Source of the DNA: Octopus bimaculoides | Taxonomy: Eukaryota | Reading direction: 5' to 3' | DNA length: 45,558 nucleotides | Assembly (NCBI RefSeq): GCF_001194135.2 | Contig: NC_068995.1 | Location: 13,994,882-14,040,439, forward strand | In this document: positions 1 to 10,586 of the stretch, one piece after another | How positions within the stretch are numbered: position 1 is the first letter of the stretch | How the letters are laid out: every line of letters starts with the position of its first letter | The notes under the pieces: generated by a model | The model's input: only the letters and a program-made list of their open reading frames with translations | Told to the model about the DNA's origin: nothing | Databases searched by the model: none | Position numbers and translations under genes: made by a program

Positions 1-229
1 GGTTTTTTTTTTTTTTCCAAGTTTCATGTGTCTCACTTTTTGTCTGAATTGTTGCAGTGTAAATATGAACGAACCATTGAGGGGACTTCAGGCATTTTTT
101 TTTTTTGTGTGTGGGTGTCTAAGAGCATGGTTTCAGTCCACCTGCTGCATAACTGTTCCTGAGGGGGTTGGAGTGAGCCATAGTCTTCACACTATATTAT
201 CATCATTTAATGTTCATTTTTCCATACTG

Positions 230-614
230 GCATGGTTTGACAGGAGCTGGTAACTGGAGGGCCATACCAGGCCTCAGTCATCTGTTTTTGGCATGGTTTC
301 TGCAGCTGGTTGCCCTTCCTAATGCCAACCACTTTACAGTATGTACTGAGTGTTTTCACATGGTACTGGCGTGGATGCTTTTTACATGGTGCCAGCACAG
401 GTACTTATGTGGTACCAGTATGTGTGGGGTTGCCAAGTAGCTTGTAGGACAAGGACGTCACAGCTGAAAGAGGGAAAGGAACTGAGAAGTGGGTATGTCC
501 CAGGGGAAAGGTTGGAGTATGATAGAGAGTCAGGTATAGCTGTCTTACTACAGAGAAGACACTTAGCTATCATCATCATCATCATCATCATCGTTTAACG
601 TCCGCCTTCCATGC
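230..614 (-). mobile_element. Fragments of a SINE family with a (GAT)n tail (RTE-like 3' end)
   Basis: Shares gcccttcctaa(t/c)gccaaccact and catcatcatcgtttaacgtccgccttccatgc with the copy at 3610-3900; broken by a gap at 615. Confidence 0.6.
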
Positions 615-1969
615 NNNNNNNNNNTATATATATATATATATATATATTCATATATGTATGTATAAAATATATATGTATGTATATACATATATATTCATAT
701 ATATATATTTCAAAGGCAGTGATTTTTTTTTTGCATGAGTAGATACTCAGAGTAAATCTGTTTAGAATATTTCAAATCTTATATTACTCTACGCTTTGAA
801 TTCAAGAGATGTGGGTTTATTTTCATTTTAGTTTTTTCAAATTGTTTTTGCTCTTAGCTTCTCTCTCTTTATAATTGATTAAACAGTAGTGGTCAAAATA
901 GTAATATATATCTTAGGGTGGATTCATTTAGCTCTAATGCTACCCTAACATTGGTTAGCTTAATTTAGAGGTCCTTAAATATGAGGTTGTGTGAGTGTAT
1001 ATGTGTCTGGGTATATGTGTGTGTGACTCTAAAATCTGTTATGCATATGAAAGACACTTGCCAGTTAATATATATATATATATATTATTTTCTATTCTGT
1101 TAATTTTCGTAATAAAACTCTTATTTGATGTAGGTAATTTAAAAAAAAAAAATCTGGTATTAGATTCATTCTTGAATATTTCCGAGATAATTTTAGCTTT
1201 TTTCAATAAATTTTTCATTTTTGTATTTGCTGTTTTCACAATGAATTTAATAGATATTTAAATTTGAGGGAGAAAAATAATTACCAAATTTTATTTTATT
1301 TTATTTTTCATTATTATTGCAACATTTCATGGTTTTATTGTTGACTTATTTTTTTTAATTTATATATATTTTATGTGTGTATGTGTGAGTAAGAGAGTGA
1401 GAATAAAATATTTTGTTAAAGGAACTAAAAAGTGTTAACCTCATAATCATCATCATCATGCTCATCATCATTAAACAGTTAGTCGTGACCCTAAAATATA
1501 CATAATCAGAATTTTATTTACAGGTTTCAAAAAAAAAAAAAAAAAAAAAAAAANNNNNNNNNNNNNNNNNNNNNNNNNNNNNNNNNNNNNNNNNNNNNNN
1601 NNNNNNNNNNNNNNNNNNNNNNNNNNNNNNNNNNNNNNNNNNNNNNNNNNNNNNNNNNNNNNNNNNNNNNNNNNNNNNNNNNNNNNNNNNNNNNNNNNNN
1701 NNNNNNNNNNNNNNNNNNNNNNNNNNNNNNNNNNNNNNNNNNNNNNNNNNNNNNNNNNNNNNNNNNNNNNNNNNNNNNNNNNNNNNNNNNNNNNNNNNNN
1801 NNNNNNNNNNNNNNNNNNNNNNNNNNNNNNNNNNNNNNNNNNNNNNNNNNNNNNNNNNNNNNNNNNNNNNNNNNNNNNNNNNNNNNNNNNNNNNNNNNNN
1901 NNNNNNNNNNNNNNNNNNNNNNNNNNNNNNNNNNNNNNNNNNNNNNNNNNNNNNNNNNNNNNNNNNNNN

Positions 1970-2085
1970 AAGCTGGCGGAATAGTTTGAGCGTCAGACAA
2001 AACACTTAACATTATTTCTTCGAGTTCTTTAATTTCTGAGTTTGAATTCTGCTGAGGTCAACTTTGCCTTTCATCTATGTACCAA
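1970..2085 (+). mobile_element. SINE family A, partial
   Basis: agctggcggaa...gagtttgaattc...aactttgcctttcatc matches the family A head and central domain. Confidence 0.7.
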
Positions 2086-2114
2086 ATTTAGAGATTATTA
2101 TTACTATTCCAAGC

Positions 2115-2272
2115 TGATGTGTTTACGTCCCTGTAACTTAGTGGTTCGGCAAAAAGAGACCGATAGAATAAGTACTAGGCTTACAAAGAATAAGTCCTGG
2201 GGTTGATTTTCTTGACTAAAGGCGGTGCTCCAGCATGGCCGCAGTCAACTGACTGAAACAAGTGAAGAGTAT
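2115..2272 (+). mobile_element. SINE family B, 3' half
   Basis: tgtttacgtccctgtaacttagtggttcggcaaaaagagaccgatagaataagtactaggcttac...ccagcatggccgcagtc; near-identical to 20895-21068. Confidence 0.85.
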
Positions 2273-2285
2273 TACTTCTATTTCA

Positions 2286-2505
2286 GGCAGCGAGCTGGCA
2301 GGATTGTTAGCAGGCCGGGCAAGATGCTTAGCGGTATTTTGTCTGTCACTATGTTCTGAGTTCAGATTCCGCCAAGGTAAACTTTGCTTTTCATCCTTTC
2401 GTGGTTGATAAATTAAATACCAGCTATGCACTGGGGTCGATGTAATGGACTAGTTCTGTCCACCCTCACTCCAATTTCAGGCCTTGTGCGTTCAGTAGAC
2501 AGGAT
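2286..2505 (+). mobile_element. tRNA-derived SINE family A
   Basis: Head ggcagcgagctggcag, B-box-like gagttcagattcc, central gcttttcatcctttc...gataaattaaatacca, tail tttcaggccttgtg. Confidence 0.85.
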
Positions 2506-2522
2506 TATTACTTTTATTTTAA

Positions 2523-2740
2523 GGCAGCGAATGGGCTGAATTGTTAGCACACAGGGTGAAATGTTTAGTGGTATTTTGTCTGTCTTCACTTTCTGGGTTC
2601 AAATTCCACCTACGTCGATTTTGCCTTTCATCTTTTTGGGGTTGATAAATTAAGTACCAGTGAAACACTGGGGGTCAATGTAATCAACTAGTTTCCTTCC
2701 TCTAAAATTTCAGGCATTGTGCCTTTAGTGGAAAGGATTA
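2523..2740 (+). mobile_element. tRNA-derived SINE family A, CpG-decayed
   Basis: Same architecture as 2286 and 6703; most consensus CpGs are changed to TG/CA. Confidence 0.85.
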
Positions 2741-3609
2741 TTATTGCTTATGTTATTATTCCTCTTGAAGGTAGCAAATGCACAGAGTTGTTAGTGTTGG
2801 GGAAAAAACTTTTCAAGGGCAAATGCAACTAATGGGTGGCATAGAGGAAGAAGTGCCTAAAAGATATAACCTNNNNNNNNNNNNNNNNNNNNNNNNNNNN
2901 NNNNNNNNNNNNNNNNNNNNNNNNNNNNNNNNNNNNNNNNNNNNNNNNNNNNNNNNNNNNNNNNNNNNNNNNNNNNNNNNNNNNNNNNNNNNNNNNNNNN
3001 NNNNNNNNNNNNNNNNNNNNNNNNNNNNNNNNNNNNNNNNNNNNNNNNNNNNNNNNNNNNNNNNNNNNNNNNNNNNNNNNNNNNNNNNNNNNNNNNNNNN
3101 NNNNNNNNNNNNNNNNNNNNNNNNNNNNNNNNNNNNNNNNNNNNNNNNNNNNNNNNNNNNNNNNNNNNNNNNNNNNNNNNNNNNNNNNNNNNNNNNNNNN
3201 NNNNNNNNNNNNNNNNNNNNNNNNNNNNNNNNNNNNNNNNNNNNNNNNNNNNNNNNNNNNNNNNNNNNNNNNNNNNNNNNNNNNNNNNNNNNNNNNNNNN
3301 NNNNNNNNNNNNNNNNNNNNNNNNNNNNNNNNNNNNNNNNNNNNNNNNNNNNNNNNNNNNNNNNNNNNNNNNNNNNNNNNNNNNNNNNNNNNNNNNNNNN
3401 NNNNNNNNNNNNNNNNNNNNNNNNNNNNNNNNNNNNNNNNNNNNNNNNNNNNNNNNNNNNNNNNNNNNNNNNNNNNNNNNNNNNNNNNNNNNNNNNNNNN
3501 NNNNNNNNNNNNNNNNNNNNNNNNNNNNNNNNNNNNNNNNNNNNNNNNNNNNNNNNNNNNNNNNNNNNNNNNNNNNNNNNNNNNNNNNNNNNNNNNNNNN
3601 NNNNNNNNA

Positions 3610-3900
3610 TCATCATCATCATCATCATCGTTTAACGTCCGCCTTCCATGCTAGCATGGGTTGGACGATTTGACTGAGGACTGGTGAAACCGGATGGCAA
3701 CACCAGGCTCCAATCTAATTTGGCAGAGTTTCTACAGCTGGATGCCCTTCCTAACGCCAACCACTCAGAGAGTGTAGTGGGTGCTTTTACATGTCACCGG
3801 CACGAAAACGGCCACGCTCGAAATGGTGTCTTTTATGTGCCGCCCGCACAAGAGCCAGTCCAGGGGCACTGGCAACGATCTCGCTCGAAAACCCTACAAA
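3610..3900 (-). mobile_element. SINE with (GAT)n tail, 3' part
   Basis: On the minus strand it ends in ...gttaaacgatgatgatg; internal ggatgcccttcctaacgccaacc motif is shared with 230-614. Confidence 0.7.
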
Positions 3901-4046
3901 GGCCAGTCAGGCGGTATATATATATATATTAACTATAAATGGTGGTTGAGATATCTGTCTCTTAGAGGTGAATAGGATATAGTTTGTGTGTGTGAGTAAG
4001 TGGTGATGTATGAGGTTTTGGTTGGATCAAAGTCCATGGATGTTAA

Positions 4047-4246
4047 CCCTTTAGCATTCAGATTACTCTGTCAAATGTAATATTTATTCACATTGCTTTG
4101 AATTAATTTTGTATTATCTTGTAGCTTCAAGTTTTTGATGTAATTGCTTATGACATTGTAGCTTAGGTGTGAGAGGTTAGATCTGGCCACTTTGAACATA
4201 AAATAGAATATTTGGGCTAGATATGGCCTGTTCAAATGCTAAAGAG
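4047..4246. mobile_element. piggyBac-type MITE
   Basis: TTAA (4043-46) CCCTTTAGCATT ... AATGCTAAAGAG TTAA (4247-50): TTAA TSD and CCC/GGG-type TIRs; second copy at ~5160-5371. Confidence 0.85.
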
Positions 4247-4254
4247 TTAAAGCA

Positions 4255-4748
4255 AAAAGAGAATTGTCTAGGGATAGCATAGAATTGGTGGAGCCCTGAC
4301 AGTCAGCTGACTTGAAGTGCTGTAGGATTTGGGAGATGGAAAATGCGCTTTCTGTAATATGTGAATGTATGGTGGGTGGTTACATGAGGCTGTGGTCAGG
4401 CAACATGATATTTACAGTGGCACTTTGGGTCAAGTAGAGGCTGGGAAGAAATCCAAGTGTTTTTGTGATGTCCGTGTGTCAATCAGGGATGTATACAGGT
4501 AATGAAACTAATTGACTTAGCATGAGTTGAAAATTGCAAAAATGTTGATTTCTGCTCTCAATGGCTTCAGTATGTGATGAGTGGGGGAACCAAGATTGCA
4601 AGCATTGGAATGATGACTTCTGAGAGAGAAGTGCAGTGTTATAGACGTATTTTGATGTAGGAAGGGATGTGGTTGAAGAGTTGGTAGTAGTTGGAGGATT
4701 TCAGAGAGAAACAGAGGAAGCAGATGTACTTAGAGGTGGGGAAGGGCT
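4255..4748 (-). mobile_element. Degenerate CR1/L2-like LINE ORF2 endonuclease fragment
   Basis: Minus-strand translation gives SWFPHSSHTEA...LSQLVSLPVYIPD*HTDITKTL, resembling the APE endonuclease segment W..HSS.T....L.QLV..PT.IPD....LDL; contains stops and frameshifts. Confidence 0.65.
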
Positions 4749-4749
4749 A

Positions 4750-4965
4750 GGACTTGGGGCTGAAATGTTACTGGCTTTGGGTAAAAGAAAATACAGGAGG
4801 ATCAGTTAATTATAATTTTACTTGACATATTCCCCTCTCAGATTCACACACTTATTGCAGTGGTCCTTCAGTTTTTTCTAAGCCCTGTAAAAGAACTCAG
4901 AAAGTTGGGCCTCCAACCTGGCCTTTTGTGATACCTTTAAAGCTAGGAACTTTTCAGCCCCCTCC
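4750..4965 (-). mobile_element. Mariner-derived internally deleted element (MITE)
   Basis: TA-flanked TIRs ggacttggggctgaaatgttactggcttt / aaagctaggaacttttcagccccctcc; minus strand keeps the transposase C-terminus NKCVNLRGEYVK*. Confidence 0.75.
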
Positions 4966-4970
4966 TAGAT

Positions 4971-5155
4971 CAGTGGTTCTCAGCCACAGCTCCCAGGGCC
5001 TCATGTGGCCCATGACAATCTTACCTCTCTAAATATAATTAATGTCTCTTTAATTGACTTGTGTTTTACTTTTTGTTTTTCTTTTGTGCATCCCCTTGAA
5101 AAAAATTCAAGTTTTGGATCTGGCCTGGATATTAACAAAAAGTTTATTAATCACT
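4971..5155. mobile_element. Possible hAT-like MITE remnant
   Basis: Starts with cagtggttctca, typical of hAT/Charlie TIRs; the right end is not clearly matched. Confidence 0.35.
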
Positions 5156-5159
5156 AATT

Positions 5160-5371
5160 CAGATTATTCTGTCAGATGTAATTACTTATTTATTCACATT
5201 GTTTTGAATTAACCTTGCATTAATCTCATAGCTTCAAGATTTCAATGATGTGATTGTTTATTTTTTTAGAAAGACATTGTAGGGTTGGTGTGAGAGGCCA
5301 GATCTGGCCTGTTTGAACATAAACCAGGAAGAATATTTGGGCTGGATATGGCCAGTTTAAATGCTAAAGGG
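5160..5371. mobile_element. piggyBac-type MITE, left end lost
   Basis: Colinear with 4047-4246; ends aatgctaaaggg followed by TTAA. Confidence 0.8.
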
Positions 5372-5498
5372 TTAACCTAGCATAAACAGGCGTCTTTTAT
5401 TGCTGATCTCCATGTGAAACAGGTAAGTGGCAGAGATGTTTGAATAAACAACGTGACTTTAAAAAACAATTTTTTTTAACAGTTTTATGTGTAAGTGC

Positions 5499-5650
5499 GG
5501 GCATGGCCGTGTGGTTAAGAAGTTCGCTTTGCAACCATGGGGTTTTGAGTTTAGTCCCACTGCAGAGTACCTTGGACAAATGTCTTGTACTATAGCTCCA
5601 GGTCAACCAGTGCCTTGTGAGTGAATTTGGTTGTAGGAAACACAGATGTA
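5499..5650 (+). mobile_element. SINE family B, 5' head
   Basis: ggcatggccgtgtggttaagaag...gagtttagtcccactgc...ccttggacaaatgtctt; tRNA-like A/B boxes. Confidence 0.8.
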
Positions 5651-5653
5651 TGT

Positions 5654-5810
5654 GACGGGCTTCTTCCAGATTCCAACTACCAAATCCACTCACAAGGCTT
5701 TGATTGGCCCAAGGCTATTGTAGAAGACACTTGCTCAAGGTGCTACGCAGTGGGACTGAACCCGAAACCATGTGGTTTGCATGCAAGCTTCTTACCACAC
5801 AACCACGCCT
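5654..5810 (-). mobile_element. SINE family B, 5' head, inverted relative to 5499
   Basis: Reverse complement reads aggcgtggttgtgtggtaagaagc...gggttcagtcccactgcg...gaagcccgtc. Confidence 0.85.
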
Positions 5811-5951
5811 ACACCTATGTGTATTTCTATATATGTATGTATATTTATGTATGTCTGTACGTCTAGGTATGTGTTTGTATATGTATGTGTGTGTGTAATG
5901 TGTAAGGCCCTGCCTAAATCATCATCTTTCCTCTTCCTCACAGCAAAGAAA

Positions 5952-5989
5952 TCTATTTCTAGCAGGTCATTTGACCTGCTAGAAATAGA
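5952..5989. repeat. 18-bp-arm perfect hairpin
   Basis: tctatttctagcaggtca-tt-tgacctgctagaaataga. Confidence 0.95.
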
Positions 5990-6161
5990 GATTTGCCTGC
6001 TATTTTTAGCATGTCGAGCAACTACGTAAAAAAGCTCCCGCATTAAAATTAATTCTAAACTTAGTGTATATAAAACACAAAACCTGGTCTATTGGTCTCG
6101 TCTCGTGAAGATAGCGAAAATGGTGTAACTTGTATTCTCTCAAAGATAAGAGATGAATCTA

Positions 6162-6175
6162 GTTGCCATAGTAAC
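6162..6175. promoter_or_regulatory. RFX X-box motif
   Basis: GTTGCCATAGTAAC fits GTNRCC-N(0-3)-RGYAAC and lies at the CpG-poor to CpG-normal boundary. Confidence 0.5.
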
Positions 6176-6702
6176 TCCTTGTCCGTGTATTTTACCCAAC
6201 AGTTTTTTTTTTTTTATTATATTTGTTGTTAAAAAGTATTTCACTCCAAATATGGCAGCTGGAGACATTCAGCAATACTACCACAACGTGCTGTTATCTA
6301 AACAATACCCCAAACTAACATAAACACAAAAACATTCGAGCGAGAGACTCTGACAGAGAGGCGTTTGTCTGTGGCAATGAAAGTGAATGCAGTCAGTATT
6401 AACTTTAAAATGTGAAATGAAAATAAAGTTCAAGGAAATTACTGTTTGTCTGTGTTAGGCTGGAATGAATATAGTCTCTCATATAATAATTAACTCATGT
6501 GTTGGTTCGTTATCAACACTAATGAAATAAGTGTTGGAGTAGAAAGCTGCCAAATCCCAAATAGAGAGTGAGTGTGCGAGTGAAATGAAGAAGTATTTAT
6601 TACATTGCTCTGACATTTAACTTGTCGTTCGCATTGAGTATATTACGTAATTTAAAAGTTATTCTCAAAAGTAAGGGAAGAATTTAAGATTTAATTTCAT
6701 TA

Positions 6703-6903
6703 GGCGTCGAGCTGGCAGAAACGTTAGCACGCCGGGCGAAATGCTTAGCGGTATTTCGTCTGCCGTTACGTTCTGAGTTCAAATTCCACCGAGGTCGACT
6801 TTGCCTTTCATCCTTTCAGGGTCGATAAATTAAGTACCAGTTGCATAATCGACTAGCCCCTCCCCCAAAATTTCGGGCCTTGTACCTAGAGTAGAAAAGA
6901 ATA
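6703..6903 (+). mobile_element. tRNA-derived SINE family A, well-preserved copy
   Basis: ggcgtcgagctggcagaaacgttagcacgccgggcg...gagttcaaattcc...gcctttcatcctttcagggtcgataaattaagtaccag...ccccaaaatttcgggccttgtacc. The central block resembles the MetaSINE domain as I recall it (unverified). Confidence 0.9.
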
Positions 6904-7350
6904 TTTAATTTCATTATCTTGGTAAAATTATCTTATATATATATAACAGGAATACTAAATAAGCTTATAAGATACAAAATATAAAGCAGAATGAATACAG
7001 ATTGGGCTTAAAATTTTGAAATATAGCGTGAGTTCAAGGAAGTTAATGTTTGATTCAAGATAGTTTGGTTAAGATCTGTGATGTTCAACTTTTTTCTGTA
7101 CATTGTTACCGTAATAAATGTTTGGTAAATGTTTGCAGTCCCTAGAAAGCTTTGTCGTATCTCCAGGGATGAAGACACCACAGCTCTAGAACCAGATGCT
7201 TAATATGGGGCGCCGCTGTCAGTGACTTTTCCTCTGCTTCTAGGTCATGGAATACCTTACTTTATATATAAGAGGAAAAAACAAAAAAACAAGCAGAACG
7301 AGTATCTCAACTCATTTAGAATAATTTAGTTAGGGCAAGGTGAATTTGAA

Positions 7351-7426
7351 GTCTTACAGTCGTTTCTGAAATAACTTAAGTGATAGGTTAGCATGTCCAC
7401 GCACTGGGTATACCGTCATCAGAGAC
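7351..7426 (-). ncRNA. Type I hammerhead ribozyme motif (PLE-type, long stem II)
   Basis: Minus strand: GUCU-CUGAUGA-[49-nt stem II]-GAAAC-GACU-GUA-AGAC; stem I GUCU/AGAC; GUA cleavage triplet. Confidence 0.7.
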
Positions 7427-7760
7427 GAGGTATGAAAGTTCTAGACAAGGGAAAATTTAGTTTTACAAGGAGTAAAGAGTAAATGTAGTTAGAAGAATAC
7501 AGGCGGGAGGATAATGTTCACAACTCATCTTTTCCAGAGGATATGGATGTTGGTCAGTACTTCCATGAAGGTACAGGTCCTTAGTTAAAATCCTAGGTAA
7601 ATCCAGGCGGTATTTTGAATGATGTATTCATATTGAAGCGATAGCTAGTATGTAAATGTGTGTATATAGAGGGAGAAAGTAAGATAGACATAAATGGGTT
7701 TTGTGAGTGGGTGTATATGGGAGAGAGAGGAGAAAGGAATAAAAATAAGATAGGGGTAAA

Positions 7761-7838
7761 AGGGTCTGATGACAGTATACCCGGTGCGTAGAAATGCTAA
7801 CCTATCACTTGGGTTATCCCAGAAACAGCTGTAAGACT
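7761..7838 (+). ncRNA. Type I hammerhead ribozyme motif (PLE-type, long stem II)
   Basis: CTGATGA 7766-72, GAAAC 7822-26, palindromic ACAGCTGT stem III, GTA 7831-33; stem I has two mismatches in this copy. Confidence 0.7.
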
Positions 7839-8479
7839 TCAAATTCACCTTATTGTAATTAGATTACTTTGGTTTTTGCTTTTTTCTCTAATATGATATA
7901 TACCTACTATAACAGAACCTTAATGCGGATCCCTAATCCAGCATCAGCTGTGAACTTGGAACCTAACGGAGGACCAACTATAGCACTTACTTAGTGTACC
8001 TATTCGTTTAGATCAATATATATATATTGCCGAGAAATATATTTTAACGGATTCGAAACCGAACCGATTATGCATCACGAGTAAACTACAGTAGTTTCAC
8101 ATGATCGGTCTTTTAAGCAATTAATTAACGTCAAGCTATCACGTGATTCAATTTTCTAGAGTCTTCCTGAACCTTATGAAAGGCCACTTTTGACGGTAAA
8201 TAATTGCACCTAGCGGCTGAGATGAATTGCAGAATGTTGAGGCAGCTGCGCATTGTTTCTCCGTCCTCACTACAGCCAGGCGGTTAAGACAGATGACTAA
8301 TAGTCGACAGGAATCTTCGTCGCCACGAATATAATACAATCGTTTCCAGTTACGATGGCTCAGCTACAGATTGCTGTATTTGTAAACTTGTCGCAAAATT
8401 CAAGTAGTCTATCTCTCCCAGTGTGTAATTATTGTTGTTTTTATTTGTAAAAGACCAACACAAAACTCTATGTTCAATA

Positions 8480-9780
8480 ATAAACTCTTATGTTAATTGT
8501 TCATGGGTGTTGTCAGTTATTTCTTCACACAACCCGAGAAATATATTTTCATTCAGCAACTGAACTAGCCATCGTCTCAGACCAGCTAACAATACTCCAA
8601 CTGGCGGCAATATAACTGGCCAGAATGTTACCGATGGTTTCGCGCCGGAGCGCATAACTTTTATGCTGGAGGTAAATATTTGGTCCGATTTCGCTCGGTG
8701 ATGATTAAAAAAGAACCAGAACGAAGAAGTGGCGATGTTAGTTGTGGACGAAGGGTATCATCTGTGCGTTTATCTATTTTTCGTTTTCGAATTAAAAGAA
8801 AAAGAATAAAAAGGACGACCACATTAACAAAACGAATTTCCTTTTATGAGGGCAGCAACGAAATATTTCACTTTTTCAGTTCAGGAAAGCACCTAGATCG
8901 TGTGAATGTTTTTACACTGATCCTTTTCTCGGCCAAGCAAAACTTGTAACGCTTACTTTCATTGAAGTATGACGCCGGTTGTTCCAGAAGTTTCCAGTCG
9001 ATTTGGAATTGTGTTACTTCCTCTTTTAATCGCCATATATAGCTGGCCAATGTTGTGATATTGCGACTCTATTGGGTTCTAAAAGAGGATCTGCGATTAT
9101 TTAGCCTGGTCTTAAAGGGACCCTCTATTATCCCAACATATTTGTGTGTGTGTGTGTCCCTCCGTTGTTTGCTGTTACTGGACAACACCAGATCTGCTTC
9201 GTAGACCATAGTCAATAATGATCATTTATTGGGTAGTCACTGTTAACCCTTCATGAGCATCTTGGCTCTGCATGAGGCTTTGGGGCGTTCACTAGTATTA
9301 TTTTGATACTAGGTGCACAGCTGAACGAGATCTTTACGATAAGGTTCTTGAATAATCTCCTACAACCATGGGCCTGTGTAAAATGCTTATCTGCTTATCT
9401 AAGGAAAACCCTTCCCATACAGGTTGAGTAAGAAAGGTGGGGAAGACATGACAATTAAAACCAGCTCAAGATGGCGTGGCTATGGTTGACGAAAGACCGC
9501 AGGTGGAACCTTTCCATAAGCGAAGACTAATTCGGTCCTCGCTGCTCCAACCAGGCAAAGCTTACAAGCTAAGGAGCGAAACGCTGTGACTCTGAGATAC
9601 CTGCTGACGAAACGGAATAGTTCCCGACATTGCAATGAATTCAGAAAAGCTTGCAATATCTCTGAGTAGCTCCTGAAATTCCTGCACAGGGAAAAAGCAT
9701 CTCGGATGTTTATTTCACTTATTGTAGAAGGTACACAAATTAATAATTTTCTAGGGGTCCGGAGCATTGAAAATCACTAA
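8480..9780 (-). mobile_element. Degenerate Penelope-like retroelement (RT C-terminus/linker plus GIY-YIG endonuclease)
   Basis: Minus-strand peptides KISFSCAPSIKII, VYEADLV...KYVGIIEGPFKTR and LASYIWRLKEE...IDWKLLEQ...FCLAEK; many stops and frameshifts. Confidence 0.8.
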
Positions 9781-10586
9781 TTTAATGTATCCTTTTGTTC
9801 TTTTATTTATTTATATTTTTCTTCAGGCGGTGGGTTACCTGATAGAAATTTGGCTGCTGTGTCTAGCATGCTGAAGAACTACGTAGAAATTTCCTCGCTG
9901 TCTCATTTTGTCGATTTGATTGTCATATAAGGAAAATAGATTACGAAAGCTCAAATGTCTGAAAACAGATGTCTGTCAGCAGTTATATCATTTTGTGAGG
10001 AAGAAATTGCACGACGTAGTTTGTAAGAAAATGTTAATAGAAAAACGATTGCATTTCCAACTAATGTAACACATTATGATGACAGTAATATCTGATCTTA
10101 TCTCATGCATACATAGATACACGTACATTATGTTACATTTCTCACTCCTTCCTTTTCTCTCTTTCTCACTCACACGCACACTCTTTCCCTCCATCGCACT
10201 CATGTACACACACTGTCTTTCTTATACCCAAATTCCTACAGAGGTTAACGATCACATTTGTAATTCTATAAACTCCAAACTCTACTGGCAGCCACAAATT
10301 CTATTACTTAATAACTAAAACGACCTTTTTATTTCGTAATTGCTTTCTTGCATGATCTGTTGAAGTTTGCTTTACCTCTTAGTACGTCATATAATGTTTG
10401 ATAAATTCTGCTGTGTATGTGTGTATGTATTTAGCTCTCGGTTTAACAAACCTCAAGGTAACGGATTTCAGATTTAACGAGCAGGTTTTTTTTTAGAAGG
10501 AGAATGGGATATATATATATATATATTCTTCTTTCTTGCCTTTAACCCTCCAACGCGGAGTATAGGCCACTTATATATATATATCA

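Larger units (their letters stand above)
7337..7851. mobile_element. Penelope-like non-autonomous structure with ~90-bp inverted terminal repeats
   Basis: 7337-7426 is the reverse complement of 7762-7851 (aaggtgaatttgaagtcttacag...); each arm contains a hammerhead core. Confidence 0.75.

Noticed and set aside
21-95. Possible coding exon after a poly-T tract (FHVSHFLSELLQCKYERTIEGTS)
   Set aside because: Non-optimal AAG acceptor, only a GC donor, and no recognisable homology
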